A DNA stretch of 64,000 bases from Octopus vulgaris (Eukaryota). A model generated the notes under the pieces. That model worked only from the letters and a program-made list of their open reading frames with translations. It made no database searches and was not told the DNA's origin. This document shows positions 14,513 through 27,190 of the stretch, in pieces. The stretch lies in NCBI GenBank assembly GCA_951406725.2, contig OX597816.1, positions 106,888,001-106,952,000 on the forward strand, in the 5' to 3' direction. Position 1 is the stretch's first letter, and every line of letters starts with the position of its first letter. Position numbers and translations under genes: made by a program.

Positions 14513-14594
<82 letters not shown>

Positions 14595-16165
14595 AAATGT
14601 ATGTATGTATAGACTGTCAGATACACAAGACTTAGAAAAATTAGATCTCAATGAAGTATTTTGACATTGTAGCTTTGATTTTTGGTGGCGGAAATTAATC
14701 TCAATGTTTTTCGTGTTAGTTTCCTTATGTGTTGTGAGAGTTATGTTGTATTTTGTGAATGCGTTTGGCTTTGTGTGAATTAACGTTTGTGTTGTGTTGT
14801 GCGTATGTGTATGTATGTGTGTGTGTATGTGTGCTTGTGTGAGTTGTGTATTGCGTGTATCTGTGTGTGTAGTGTAAATTTGTGTGTGTATGTCGTTCTC
14901 GTGTATGTTTGTATATGAGCGCCTGTACGCATGAGTGTACATGTACGTGCGTATGTGGGCGTCGGGTGGTGTGCGTGATATGCATATATGTTTATGTGAA
15001 AACGTGTGTGCGTGTATGTGTCAGGATTCGTGTGTGTGCTTTTATGTGTAAGAGTGTTAAAAAGTGTGTGTCAGGCAGTGCATGCGTGTTAATGAATGTG
15101 TGAACGCTTGAATGAATGTGTGTCTGTGTCTGTGTATACGTAACTGCCGCCGCCCACGGAATGTCCGTGCATGTGTGTGTGTGTACGTTTACATGTGCAT
15201 ATATATATGTATGCATAGATAGGTGTATGGGTATGTTAAAGCGAAGGCGTCTGTGTAGGTTTGTGTAAGTATTTGTGTATGTGTATGTATCTATGTATGT
15301 ATATGTCTATATGCATGTGTGTTAACGTGTGAATGTACATAATTGTATGTGCGATGTTTCTTTTCAGAATTGATAAGAAAAGGGGGGAGAATGCAGAAAA
15401 CGAAACGGAATAATGAAATAAATTAGTGAGGGTGGGGAGGAGAGAGAGAGAAGTGGGGAGAGAGAAATGAGAATAAAGAAAAATCCTCTTTGATTTTATT
15501 GATATATCATATTTTATCTATTTATTTATTTACAAACGTTATTAATCTTTTAAAATTATATCTGTTCATTCAGTTTCATGTTTTGTTTTATAAGGAGAGG
15601 ACTTCAGCTTTCCGACCAAGCCCTCATCAATCAATGTCATAGAGTTGGACTGAAAACATGGTCAGGGACGCTTTCTGCTCTCTAATGTTTCATGAAAGGT
15701 GGGTGAGTGTATGTAGAGAAACTGTTACGTGTTACCAAACCCAAGGTTTTTGTCGAGAAAGAACAATATGGTCAGAATCTTGGCGGGAGAGATGGGCGGC
15801 TAACCTGATGCATTTCAATTGTCGGTTGTCTTTTCTCCATTATCCATGCCTTTGCTCGTATATATTGTGAATTATCTGAATTAGTTGTTTTAAAGGCGTT
15901 GAGCTCATAGAATCGTTACTGCCCCAGGAAAAAATGCTTAGCGGTATTTCTTCTGGTTTTACATTCTGGGTTCAAATGTCAGAGAGGTTGATTTTGCCTT
16001 TCATACTTTTGGGGTCGATGAAATAAGTACCAGTCGAGTACTGGTGTCGATGTAATCGATTATTCCTTCTACGCAAAAGTTCAGGCCTTGCACCTATAAT
16101 AGAAAGATGTTTACAATCACACGTGCGCGTGCACACTCATACACACATAAAACGCACAAAACACA

Positions 16166-16223
<58 letters not shown>

Positions 16224-16619
16224 TACACCACACACACACACACACAACACTATACACCATACACATACACGTGCACATACTCTCTCTCTCTATGATCTAG
16301 AAGCTTGTATCAAACTTTGGCTAATTGTTTAAGTTACCTATGTAGTCGTAAGCAGACAAAGATACCCTCTAAGTCGTCCCATCTTTGACACAGTGGAATC
16401 TGCAGCATGTGCAGCTGAAAGGAGAGACAGCTGGATCAGTACCAGGCTGATTCTCATTTTCAGCTTGGTTGACTGAGGCGAGGTGAAAAGATGTGCCTTT
16501 ACTCAAGGACACTAGGTGTCGCTCGGTTCACGAATCAAACCCAAGACTTTAACCACTAAGCCACACGCGATACGTATGTATGATGAATACATACATACAT
16601 TCGTTCATACATACATACA

Positions 16620-17550
16620 TTCGTGTCATATTTCTATGGAAGACATTACGCATGTGATTAGCAGCTGTCCTAAAATGTCGTCACGGTACTACCTCTCTAT
16701 GCGACACAATGTTCTTGCTAAAACAATTTACAATGCCTTCAGCAAAATGATTCTCCTGAAATAAACTTAGAAAATCTCTCTATTATGGAATACATTCATA
16801 AACACCAACTCAAGGAATACTAGTGGAATATTCCTATTAAAATGTCTGTCAAATATAAGGATAACAGTCGGATATTGTTGTTTGGGACAGAGAAGTAAAG
16901 GTATGTACCATCATAGAGGTTACCTACCCTGTAAAAAGGCGGCGAGCTGGCAGAATCGTTAGCAGTTCGGATGAAATGCTTAGCAGTATTTCATCTGCCG
17001 CTACGTTCTGAGTTCAAATTCCGCCGAGGTCGACTTTGCCTTTCATCGTTTCGGGGTCGATTAAATAAGTACCAGTTATGCACTGGGGTCGATGTAATCG
17101 ACTTAATCCGTTTGTCTGTTCTTGTTTGTCCTCTCTGTGTTTAGCCCCTTGTGGGTAGTAAAGAAATAAGTTAGCTACCTGCAGATATAAATATCGCTTT
17201 GAAAATAAAAGAAAAAGAGGATATCTATGGACAACTACTTCGAAACCTCCGGCTTCTATATCCAGACTATGAATTCATATTCATACCAATAATAATTGGA
17301 GCACTAGGTTTCGTTAGTAAATGCTTAAAGGAGAATCTCGATAAACTGGGATTTTCAGAAAAAGTTGACCAGTTGATTCGTACAAGTCCAATTTGTGAGT
17401 GGAACAGTATAAATATGCAAGACTTTTCTCAAGTTCCAAATGTAAATTTGTCTGTGTTAACTACATCCCAAATGTGGAGCCTTGTATCTTTGTTGGAAAC
17501 CGGCTCCCTCCCCAGGGAAAGATTTATAATAATTAAAAATACAAGAGACA
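16620..17550 (+). mobile_element. R4/Dong-clade non-LTR retrotransposon 3' part (CCHC finger plus restriction-like endonuclease), interrupted by a SINE
   Basis: CHISMEDITHVISSCPKMSSRYYLSMRHNVLAK; DIVVWDREVKVCTIIEV; KIKEKEDIYGQLLRNLRLLYPDYEFIFIPIIIGALG. Confidence 0.88.
16937..17170 (+). mobile_element. SINE family A nested in the R4-like element
   Basis: Flanked by imperfect duplication gttacctaccctg / gttagctacctg; uninterrupted site seen in the 39.3 kb copy. Confidence 0.9.
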
Positions 17551-18093
17551 TACATACACCTACATGCAATCAAATAGGTGCAAAAACAACTGGGTTAACA
17601 GTACTAGGATACTAAATGTAGAGTAAAATATGGTGTTTTATTGAAGCTAAAATGTTTTTACAAATCGCTATTCAGAGTTTCATGTCTGATGATCGGTTAC
17701 AACTAACAGCTTGTTGAGTCTTTCCAGTTTCTGTAAAACACCGTGTTTATATGTGTGTATGAAGAATTCGTCCTTTGTCGAAAGATACCTGTTGTTATGT
17801 CCAGTTATTTGTATTTGTGTAACGTTTCTCTGTTTTTTTCCGTCCTTGATTTCGTATACATTCGCTGCTTTCTTCCAAAGAATGTAATGCTCTCAGCTTA
17901 TTTTTTCCTTCGGACTGGCCAGATTGGAGCAATCTCGAGTATAACCAGCCGAAATTGCAAAGATAATCTGGAACTCGACTGAGGATAGAAAACTCCGAAT
18001 GATCCGTCCTTGTTTTCCTTGTATCGTCTGTCTGGATATATTGTTGTCCCTTTTTTGCTTCACCTAATGTTTTCCGTTCTTATCCCATGTTTG

Positions 18094-18144
<51 letters not shown>

Positions 18145-18152
18145 TATGTTTG

Positions 18153-18198
<46 letters not shown>

Positions 18199-18556
18199 TA
18201 TATGAATATGTATATATAACATACTTAACGTACGTGTATCATTGAAAAGACAGACGCTGCAATTTTGGGCTCGGGAAAAGTGCCTTTATAGATGTCTTAT
18301 GTTAAAATGCGAAAACCTGCAGCTTTTGGCTTTTCACCGATACGCATACGCTGAGTATGCTCTATAGATAAAGATTTTACTCTAGAACTGTTCCTATTGC
18401 AAATTCGTAATATAGGTATATCTATCAATCAATCAACCTATCTGTATATGTAAATTATTGTAGTGTAAGACCGACCTATATAGTGCAATAGTTCTGCGAA
18501 TAGTTCTGGATGGCAGTGAATCTTGAATAATATTAGTGAAGTTGGCCAAATAGCTG

Positions 18557-18622
18557 GGAAGATCTTCAAATATCGGAAGATCCTCTAAGTTCGAAAGATC
18601 CTCAAAGTTCGGAAGATCCTCA
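18557..18622. repeat. 18-bp tandem repeat, ~4 copies (gaagatcctcaaagttcg)
   Basis: Directly visible. Confidence 0.85.
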
Positions 18623-19084
18623 CTGTCTTTCGGTGAGGCAGTTCTAAATGAGGAAATGTTTTTAAGTACGTAAATGCCAGTTTGCAAACCAGTTGGCATG
18701 AAAAGAATGCATTGATGTGGACACCGGAAGAAAATGGAAAAAGAGCCTGCCCAAGAATACCAAGTGCCGGATATTCCAAGAAAACATCAAACACACGATG
18801 ACCACGCCGGAAGAAGCTTGCTAGCCTATGTTTCACAGACCTAAGGAGAGTCTAAGTAAAATACACACGCATAAACGCGCGCGCACACACACACCTAGAC
18901 ATATGCTTACGCACATATACGTGTTTGTGTGTGTACTTTACTTAGACTTGGACAGCGTATGTTCATATATATGTGTGTGCTTAAAGGCACAACATGCCAC
19001 CAGGGATTGAACTCATAACGTTACGATCGTGAGCCGAATACATACATATGTATGCGTGTGCGTATGTATTTATGTATGTATATG

Positions 19085-19262
19085 TGTACATACTATAGGC
19101 TTCTTTCAGTTTGCGTTTAACAAATCCACTCACAAAGTTTTGGTCGTCGTGGGGCTATAGTAGAAGATACTTGCCCAAGGTGCCTCCTCGCGCTGTGAAA
19201 CTGAACCCAAGACCACACGGTTGGGAAGCAAACTTCTTACCCACACAGTCAGGTCCGCGCCT
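19085..19262 (-). mobile_element. SINE family B 5' half
   Basis: Reverse complement of the 40349 head and core. Confidence 0.8.
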
Positions 19263-19810
19263 ATATGTCTACATTGTGCATATATATTGATACGTGCATG
19301 CGATTTCTTCTTATGGAAGAGCAAAAGGAAGAAGGGAAGATGAGATGAGTTTGCGATGTGAATCAATTGAATTACTATTATTAGTTTTATTACCATCTCA
19401 GCCTTCCATTCCTATTTTCTCACAGATATGATATGCATTATTAAACACGACAAGATTCGTACTCGCATATCTATAAATAGGAGTTTTTTTCTTTTTCTTT
19501 CTTGACTAGGCAGAGACTTAAAGGCTATTATGTATTCTAGAATAAAAATGGAAGAAAATATACTGTGATTTTTAACATAATTCTGAAATATGTTGCGTTT
19601 TTTTTTTAACACAATTCGTCTATAAAAGGTTTTTGCCGCACGAAAAACTGCAGCTTCTAGCTTTCCAACAGATCATGTACGTTCAATATGTTTTATAGTT
19701 AGAGTATATAGTTATATACCCTAAAACTGCTTCTATTGCATATTTCAAACTTTATTCAGCCTTTGCAGCATCTTTACAGACTAGTGTACAATTTATATGC
19801 AATCTTTATA

Positions 19811-20191
19811 TACACTACCGTCAGAAATTAATTAGCACCCTTGATTTGCTCTTCACTCAAGGTATGTGCTGTCACCTAGTGGCCATATCTCGAACTATTG
19901 CTTTGTTGCGAGTTCACTGTTGCGCAGAACGATGACGTAACTTTGTTTGCAGAGCAGTTTGAGAGTCTACAGCCATTTGATGTTGACATAGCAGTGCAAC
20001 AAATTGGAGTGCGGATGCAGACAAATCTTCCTTTGTTTAATAGATATAGGTAGCGCCTCGCAAGGACCGAAATCACACCATACTAAGTTTTCTCATCGCG
20101 TAAGACGTTTTGAACAGCTCATAGGTTAATTGATTTAACCTATTTAATGTAGAAATTTGAGAAGTGCTAATTAATTTCTGACGCAAGTGTA
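19811..20191. mobile_element. Tc1/mariner-type MITE
   Basis: TIRs tacactaccgtcagaaattaattagcac / gtgctaattaatttctgacgcaagtgta with TA at both ends. Confidence 0.88.
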
Positions 20192-21814
20192 CTTCAGACT
20201 GGCCGTTTCGAACTCATTTCGGAAGTGACTCGAGTACCTGATACTGAGAAGCCGCAAATACGGCGAAATGTGCTCTTGCGGCTACTTCCGAATCGATTTC
20301 ATTTCACCTAGCTCTGAAGTATATAATTTTTTAACACAATACGTCTATAAAAGTATCTTTCTCGGACGAAAAGCTGCAGCTTCCAACTTAAGTATATTAT
20401 ATAGTTAAAAATTTTACTTACTATGGCGTTCATCCGTGACCTCTTTTCGACATAGATGTTTACTACATATTGGAAATGAAGTAAAATAGCCCCAGACAAG
20501 CTGCGCCCTCAGTCTGCCAGGAACGTGAGATTTTACTTTTTTTCCGCTCTCCCACCATTGCCATACATATGGACAAGTTCCTGTCAAAGACTTTAAATCT
20601 ATGCCAGGAACGGACAGTCTTTTGCTAGAAGTGGGCCGCATGAGACATGATCCATCCTCAGGTGGGTCACATTACTAAAAAAAAAATGCAAGGTAATTTT
20701 TCGTCAGCAAGTTCCGCGGACAGCAGTTTGCCCATGACTGCTCAAATGCCCACGACCACTCAGTCTGCTAAGAATACTAGTAAAATTTCGCTTAAATCAC
20801 ACCTTAACGTCTTAAAAGTGTGTCACGTTGGCTTATGTACACAAATGTCTGAAAAGAGAAAAGGCAGGATGGTCATAGCTGGGATACCTTTGATCAAATG
20901 CCTGTTCGATCTGGAATGGTATGGCACTAAACAGCAACAATAAATGTTTAAATGTTGATTTCTTCTGAACAATAGCAACTACTACTACTACTACTACCAC
21001 TGCCGCCGCCGCCACCACCACCACCACAACTACTACTGCTGTTGCTGCTGCTGCAGCTGCTGCTGCTACTACTACCACCACCACCACCACCGCCACCTAT
21101 TACACAAACAGTGATATGTATTTGAATGGCATGTATTTAAATAGTTATTTCTCTTAGCTCATTTTTCTTGCTTAAATTATGCAAATTACCTAGGCCGTTA
21201 CTGTTTTCTATTCTGTTTTATATAAGTCTAAGCCCTTTGGCTACTGGATATAATGTAAGACAGTTGCTATGCTAATGAAGGCTATTGAACTAGAAACATG
21301 CTTCATAACTGCCTTCTTATCTGCTTATAATTACCATGTGGTACTGTTATGTACACAAATATCTGGTTATAATTACCATGTGGTGCTCTTGAGCTGGATG
21401 TAATTTTTATAAATTTAAAATTTTTGTTGTAAGGTATTTAACATGTCGATGTTTGTACGTAGGTACGTACATACACATCAACATGCACTGTTATGAGTTC
21501 GGTAGTTTTTGTTTTTATTAGGCCACCAGGTGGCTTACGCGAGATTTGAACTCGGAATGCACAGAGCCAGAATAGATTGTGAAAAACATCGCATTCGACA
21601 CCAATTCACCATCCTGGACGACTACTTTATTTATTGATTCTGCAAAGAGAAGAGCAAAAATTCACCTAAGTGGGGTTTGAACTTGGAGAACTGGAGAACT
21701 GACGACTGGAGAACTGAGCTATTTCACAGCCTTTGATAATTCTTTTTCACTTCCCTATTTGGGCATTGTAAACACTGTATCGTGTTTCTTTTTGTTACTG
21801 TAATTGTTGCTACT

Positions 21815-21850
<36 letters not shown>

Positions 21851-21949
21851 GTAGTTGCTGTTTATTCCCGAATCAGCTCGGATCCAGCTGATCTATAATG
21901 AAATATTTTTCTTGATATCGTTTTTGCATATCTAACGTACATTAAATAA

Positions 21950-22196
21950 ATGTTCCTTCTCGAGCCATGCCAGGCTCATAAGGGCCGGTTTCCCGGTTTC
22001 AGTGGCGTAGAAATTCCCCACCTGGACGGGACGCCGGTCCGTTGCAGGATTACTAATTTTTGTCAGCTGAGTGGACTGGAGCAACGTGAAATGAAGTGTT
22101 GTGCTCGAGAACACAGCGCATCGCCCGGTCCAGGAATCGAAACCACAACCATACGATTATGAGTTCAACACCCTAACAACTAAGCCACGCGCCTCC
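21950..22196 (-). mobile_element. tRNA-derived SINE family C
   Basis: Minus head ggaggcgcgtggcttagttgttagg...gtttcgattcc; relatives at 16375-16570, 43515-43800, 59925-60140. Confidence 0.85.
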
Positions 22197-23093
22197 TAAC
22201 GTACATTAACCAATGTCTTATTTTTTTAGAAAAACGACTTATTTTTTTAGAAAAACACAATTCGAAGAGGATTTAACTTACTATTTGTAGCAGGTCAAAT
22301 GGCTATGTGAAGGTACCTTCTACCTCGCGTTAAATACGCACAGGAAGAGAAAGGCTTAAAAACTCCTGTGAGGATCGGGGTATTTTTGAGGTAGGGGACA
22401 ACTCAATCAAAATAAAAATTGATGCACAACTTGATAGTTTTGCGAAGTCGATATGAAAACCTCATAGGAAAAATGAATTTCGAAATACCCATGGGACAGG
22501 TTTTTCCCCACCCCAAATATCATTACACAGGTTATACACACATGCGTTTACGGATACCTATCGATCTTATAGAATAGATTCTATGCTTCTAACCTGGAAC
22601 TAAGTTATGAAAACACAGGACCATTGTATAATTATGTTTAAAACTTTTTCGTTTGAACATGAATACTTTCGGCATGTTGGAAGAGCAATCTCCCATATTA
22701 TGAAATGTACGCGTCTATATTATACATCTGTGGCCTTGTGATATTGTCTGGCTTAATGGTAAATTTCTAATCTTTGTGAAGAATATATTGTAAAAAGAGC
22801 ACGAAATAATGCACAACAAACGACTGGGTCTCTCAGTTCTCAACAATAGAGATGATGCTTGTGGATGGTTGACTCTTTCAATAACAGCTATATTTCACCC
22901 ATCCACACCCTCGCTGTCTGAATATTTCTCTCTCTTCTCTCTCTTCTCTCACTGATTTGAAATACATCTTATATCCGATCATAAATCAGGATATGGTTTT
23001 GATAGTAATCCATTATTCATGCTTTTGATTGAAAATGTTTGATGGCTTTGTATGTATGAGAAGAGGGAGGGAGGGAGAGAGAGAGAGAAAGAG

Positions 23094-23127
<34 letters not shown>

Positions 23128-24460
23128 AAGGGGAGGGAGAGAGAGAGATGGGGGAGAAGGGTTAAGAGAAAGAGTGAAAATGGAATACTGAGTGAAAAGA
23201 TAAAAGAATTGCCGAACTTTCTTGATGGCAGTTTGCAATTATAATGCACTTTTCTAACAAACAGAACATATTTTGATGCAAAGTATAGGCATGATATCAT
23301 CTTAGTGTCAATCACTTGTCTTGTTGAAATCCCGCGAACTCTAACCTACAGTTTTTATATAACATGAACACGAAATTCGGCTCAATATTTTCCTACTTGA
23401 TTTCTCTCTGGTTACTATAGCGAACATTTAAAATTCTAAAGCGATTAAATAATTCGGTACTATACAGAATATGAAGTTCTTCTAGTACATACTTTAAATG
23501 ACAAACAGCGTATTTCCTGTTATTCTCTTCCAAATTTTACCATTTTACTTAATTTGAGAAAGAGAAACCACGTAATAAAAATTGTGTCCATTTAGACAAT
23601 TTTTTGAAATATGAATTTCCGTTTGTTGATCAATTGATCACGTGATTTCATTTCAATTTCGAGCCTTCAGTGCACCAAAAGAGTTGATATATACAAAGAT
23701 TTTATCAATATTCACTGATAGTTTTTCCAATGATATTAAATTTGTATAAGGTCATAAATGAAATTAACCGACAGTGGACACATGCCTTATCTCCCTATCT
23801 TTCCACAACGTCAGCTGCTGGAAATTTTTCCGCTCTTGTTTTTCTTGTATATGCTGATGTTTAAACAATTCTCAAAGAGGAATCAAATATTTTGCTGTGA
23901 TGGAGCCTGTTTCAAGCAGGTCCCAACTCATCGGATAGAACATAAAACTACACACATATGCGCAAGAATCTTACTTCAAACCACTTTTTTTGTAATACAG
24001 CTGATGACGTAAATACACGTGTGTATTTTTTACATACATTTATCTCCTATAAATGTATTTAGTTCAGTAAAAAATATTATATTTTGCTTATTTAAATATG
24101 TAAGCATTGATTGGTATTCAATTTTTCTGTTTGTATTATATATTTAATACACAAGAAGACAGGAAAATAATCATAATTTGTGTGCCGTGTCTGGCGTAGA
24201 TCTTAAAGCAATGTTAACCCCTAGACCAGAGCGACTTGAACCGTCCAAATTAGAAAACTTAATCTAAATAACTAAGATTACATATAAACGGCCTGTCGTT
24301 GGGAATCTCAGTCCACATTTTCTCAAGGTATGGTAGATATATATATAGAGAGATTTATTATTGCTTGTTTCTCTTTTTTCGAGATCAGTGACTTTTCGTC
24401 ACTGGAAAAAGTATATGTATTTGCATCGAAAAACACTTCTTATCCCCAGCCGGTGCTTGT

Positions 24461-24505
24461 CATACGCTGATGACGGGTTATTACCCAGAAACTTGGGTTC
24501 GTGTG
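24461..24505 (+). ncRNA. Minimal type I hammerhead ribozyme
   Basis: catacg CTGATGA cgggt-tatt-accca GAAA c-ttgg-g TT cgtgtg; 6-bp stem I, intact core, one mismatch at the base of stem II. Confidence 0.7.
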
Positions 24506-25004
24506 TATCACGTCAGGCTGGAGATGGGAACGATGATCACCCTTTTCAAATACTGATAGGGCACAGACAGTGTGTCAAAAGCCAGCTGGAGGAGATACCT
24601 TGCTGGGGCTATAAACTACAGTAGCATCGTCCCTTATGGGTCAGCCACATTTAGGTGGCAAATATACTTCACGATATATATATATATATATATATTATTC
24701 TCTCGTAACGTTTAATATACAATGCTTTCGATAAGTAGTCGTGTATCTGATGAAAAGGCAGTGTTTTATTTCTCTGAAACTTAATTATGTCCAGGTTAAA
24801 AAAAGATTAGCATTACATATTTACATGTGTACCGTCCTTGACTTTTCGTTTTATTTATATTTTTCATATTGTCGCTCGAGTGTTACGTAACTTTATTGAG
24901 CCCTTTTCGCAGACCCCACACGGAAACATACATACACGGATACACACACAAATGCGTGTACAAATACGCACACATACACTCACACTCACGCTCACACCAC
25001 ACAC

Positions 25005-25325
<321 letters not shown>

Positions 25326-25410
25326 CAAGGTGCTAGCCAAGAGATTGGCGCTTGTCGTGGACAAGCTGGTTGGCAAGACGCAGACATGCGCCGTGCCGAC
25401 CAGGTCGATA
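25326..25410 (+). mobile_element. 85-bp Tx1/L1-like reverse transcriptase fragment inside (AAT)n
   Basis: Translates KVLAKRLALVVDKLVGKTQTCAVPTRSI, the L1/Tx1 RT motif K.LA.RL.......QT..VPGRSI. Confidence 0.8.
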
Positions 25411-25464
25411 ATAATAATAATAATAACCGTCGTCGTTCAAAGAACAACAATAACTCTGATAAAG

Positions 25465-25613
25465 TTAATGTATTAGAGAGTGTTCAGCTCAGTTGAATGG
25501 GTGACCTTCTGTATTGTAGTGTTCGGCTGAGTTGAGTGAGAGAGCTAATGTATTGTAGAATGTTCAGACTGGTTGAGTGAGTGAGTGAGTGAGTGAATCT
25601 GTGGGTGTGTGTA

Positions 25614-25673
<60 letters not shown>

Positions 25674-25793
25674 AGAGAGCTGATGTGTTGTAAAGTGTTC
25701 AACTTGGTTGAGTGGGAGAGTTAATGGACTGCGCATTTTTCAATTTGTTTGAGTGAGAGAGCTAATGGATTGGATAATTTTCGACTTGGTTGA
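25465..25793. repeat. Degenerate ~40-bp minisatellite (gttgagtgagagagctaatgtattgtagaatgttca), about 7 units, interrupted by (GT)/(GA)
   Basis: Recurring units visible. Confidence 0.75.
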
Positions 25794-26474
25794 CATCAGT
25801 AAAGTCTTTGATAACATGTATTCAATAAAATGAGAGAATTTATCTGATATGAGTTACGTAGAGGATGAAATTACATGTAATTAATTATCATTTATGGTTT
25901 AGATAATTGATTGTCCAACAAATACCCAAGTGATAATTGATAATTAACTATTATGTTATTTTCACACCCTTCTATTGCCTCCTCACTCGCCCTCTATGCT
26001 CTCCACTCTTCATTTTTGTTTTTGTCTCTCTCGCCGTGTATGCATATACATATAGACATACACACATGCTCTCTCTCTCTTTTTCTCGCACACACATGGG
26101 CACACACACACACATACACATACACACACACACACACGATGTGATTAAGATAGAATTGCTGTACTATGATTGTTATCATAGATTCATTAACACGAACATA
26201 CACGCTAGCACGCACATATTCTCTCACACATGCTCTCACACAAGCTTATGTACACGTTCAAAAGTACAGGCTATTCGATTGCCCATAGAATGCTATTATG
26301 TTCCACAGGCGTATATTTTCGCACATGCATCAGAGACAAGGTTGAGAAAAAATATATTTTGTTGCCAGTATCAAGTAATATTCAGAAGAGATTTCATTAA
26401 AATATAATGTATCATAAATTAAACTTGAGCCAAGCTTTCATCGATGTCTCATTGAACAGATATGTTACTTTCCA

Positions 26475-26552
<78 letters not shown>

Positions 26553-26610
26553 TATGTGTTTGTACGTATGTACGTATGTATGATTATATATATATATATT
26601 ATATATATTT

Positions 26611-26856
26611 TCAGAGCTGAGTGTTTGTGTGCATCACCTTATAGCTTCCTCGTAGCTTCTAAATGAAGCACAAATTTATTTGGGGAATTATATACATACA
26701 TGGAAAAGATCACCATATACTGAGTTATCTTTTATTAAACTTTTAATAATTTTGATATATATTTAAAATAATATAAATTAATTAATTTTATGTATTGGCT
26801 TAAGTTTTTCATTGTTTGATTTGCCTAATAGTGGTTTTATCTCTAATTTAATATAA

Positions 26857-26906
<50 letters not shown>

Positions 26907-27019
26907 TCAGTATATGGTGATCTTTTCCATGTATGTATATACTTCCCCAAATAAATTTGTGCTTCATTTAGAAGCTACGAGGAAGCTATAAGGTGATGCA
27001 CACAAACACTCAGCTCTGA
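26611..27019. repeat. 116-bp inverted duplication (26611-26726 / 26904-27019)
   Basis: Arms differ at one base; spacer contains AT-rich sequence plus (TA)n. Confidence 0.95.
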
Positions 27020-27190
27020 GTGCACTGCATCTCATAGCAGAAATAGCTATAAGCTAATGAATTTAACAGCACAAATCCTGTTCCTTTGTCATTTATTAAA
27101 TTACACACACACACACGCACACACACACACACAAACATACACACGCAAGCACACACACATACACATACATGTGTGTATGTATTTATATAT

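Noticed and set aside
17970-18010. CTGAGGA...GAA hammerhead-like sequence in a TA-adjacent module
   Set aside because: Stems do not pair convincingly.
23994-24020. tacagCTGATGA motif
   Set aside because: No stem II or GAAA partner.
25465-25793. CRISPR-like regularly spaced repeats
   Set aside because: Degenerate minisatellite without unique spacers, in eukaryotic context.
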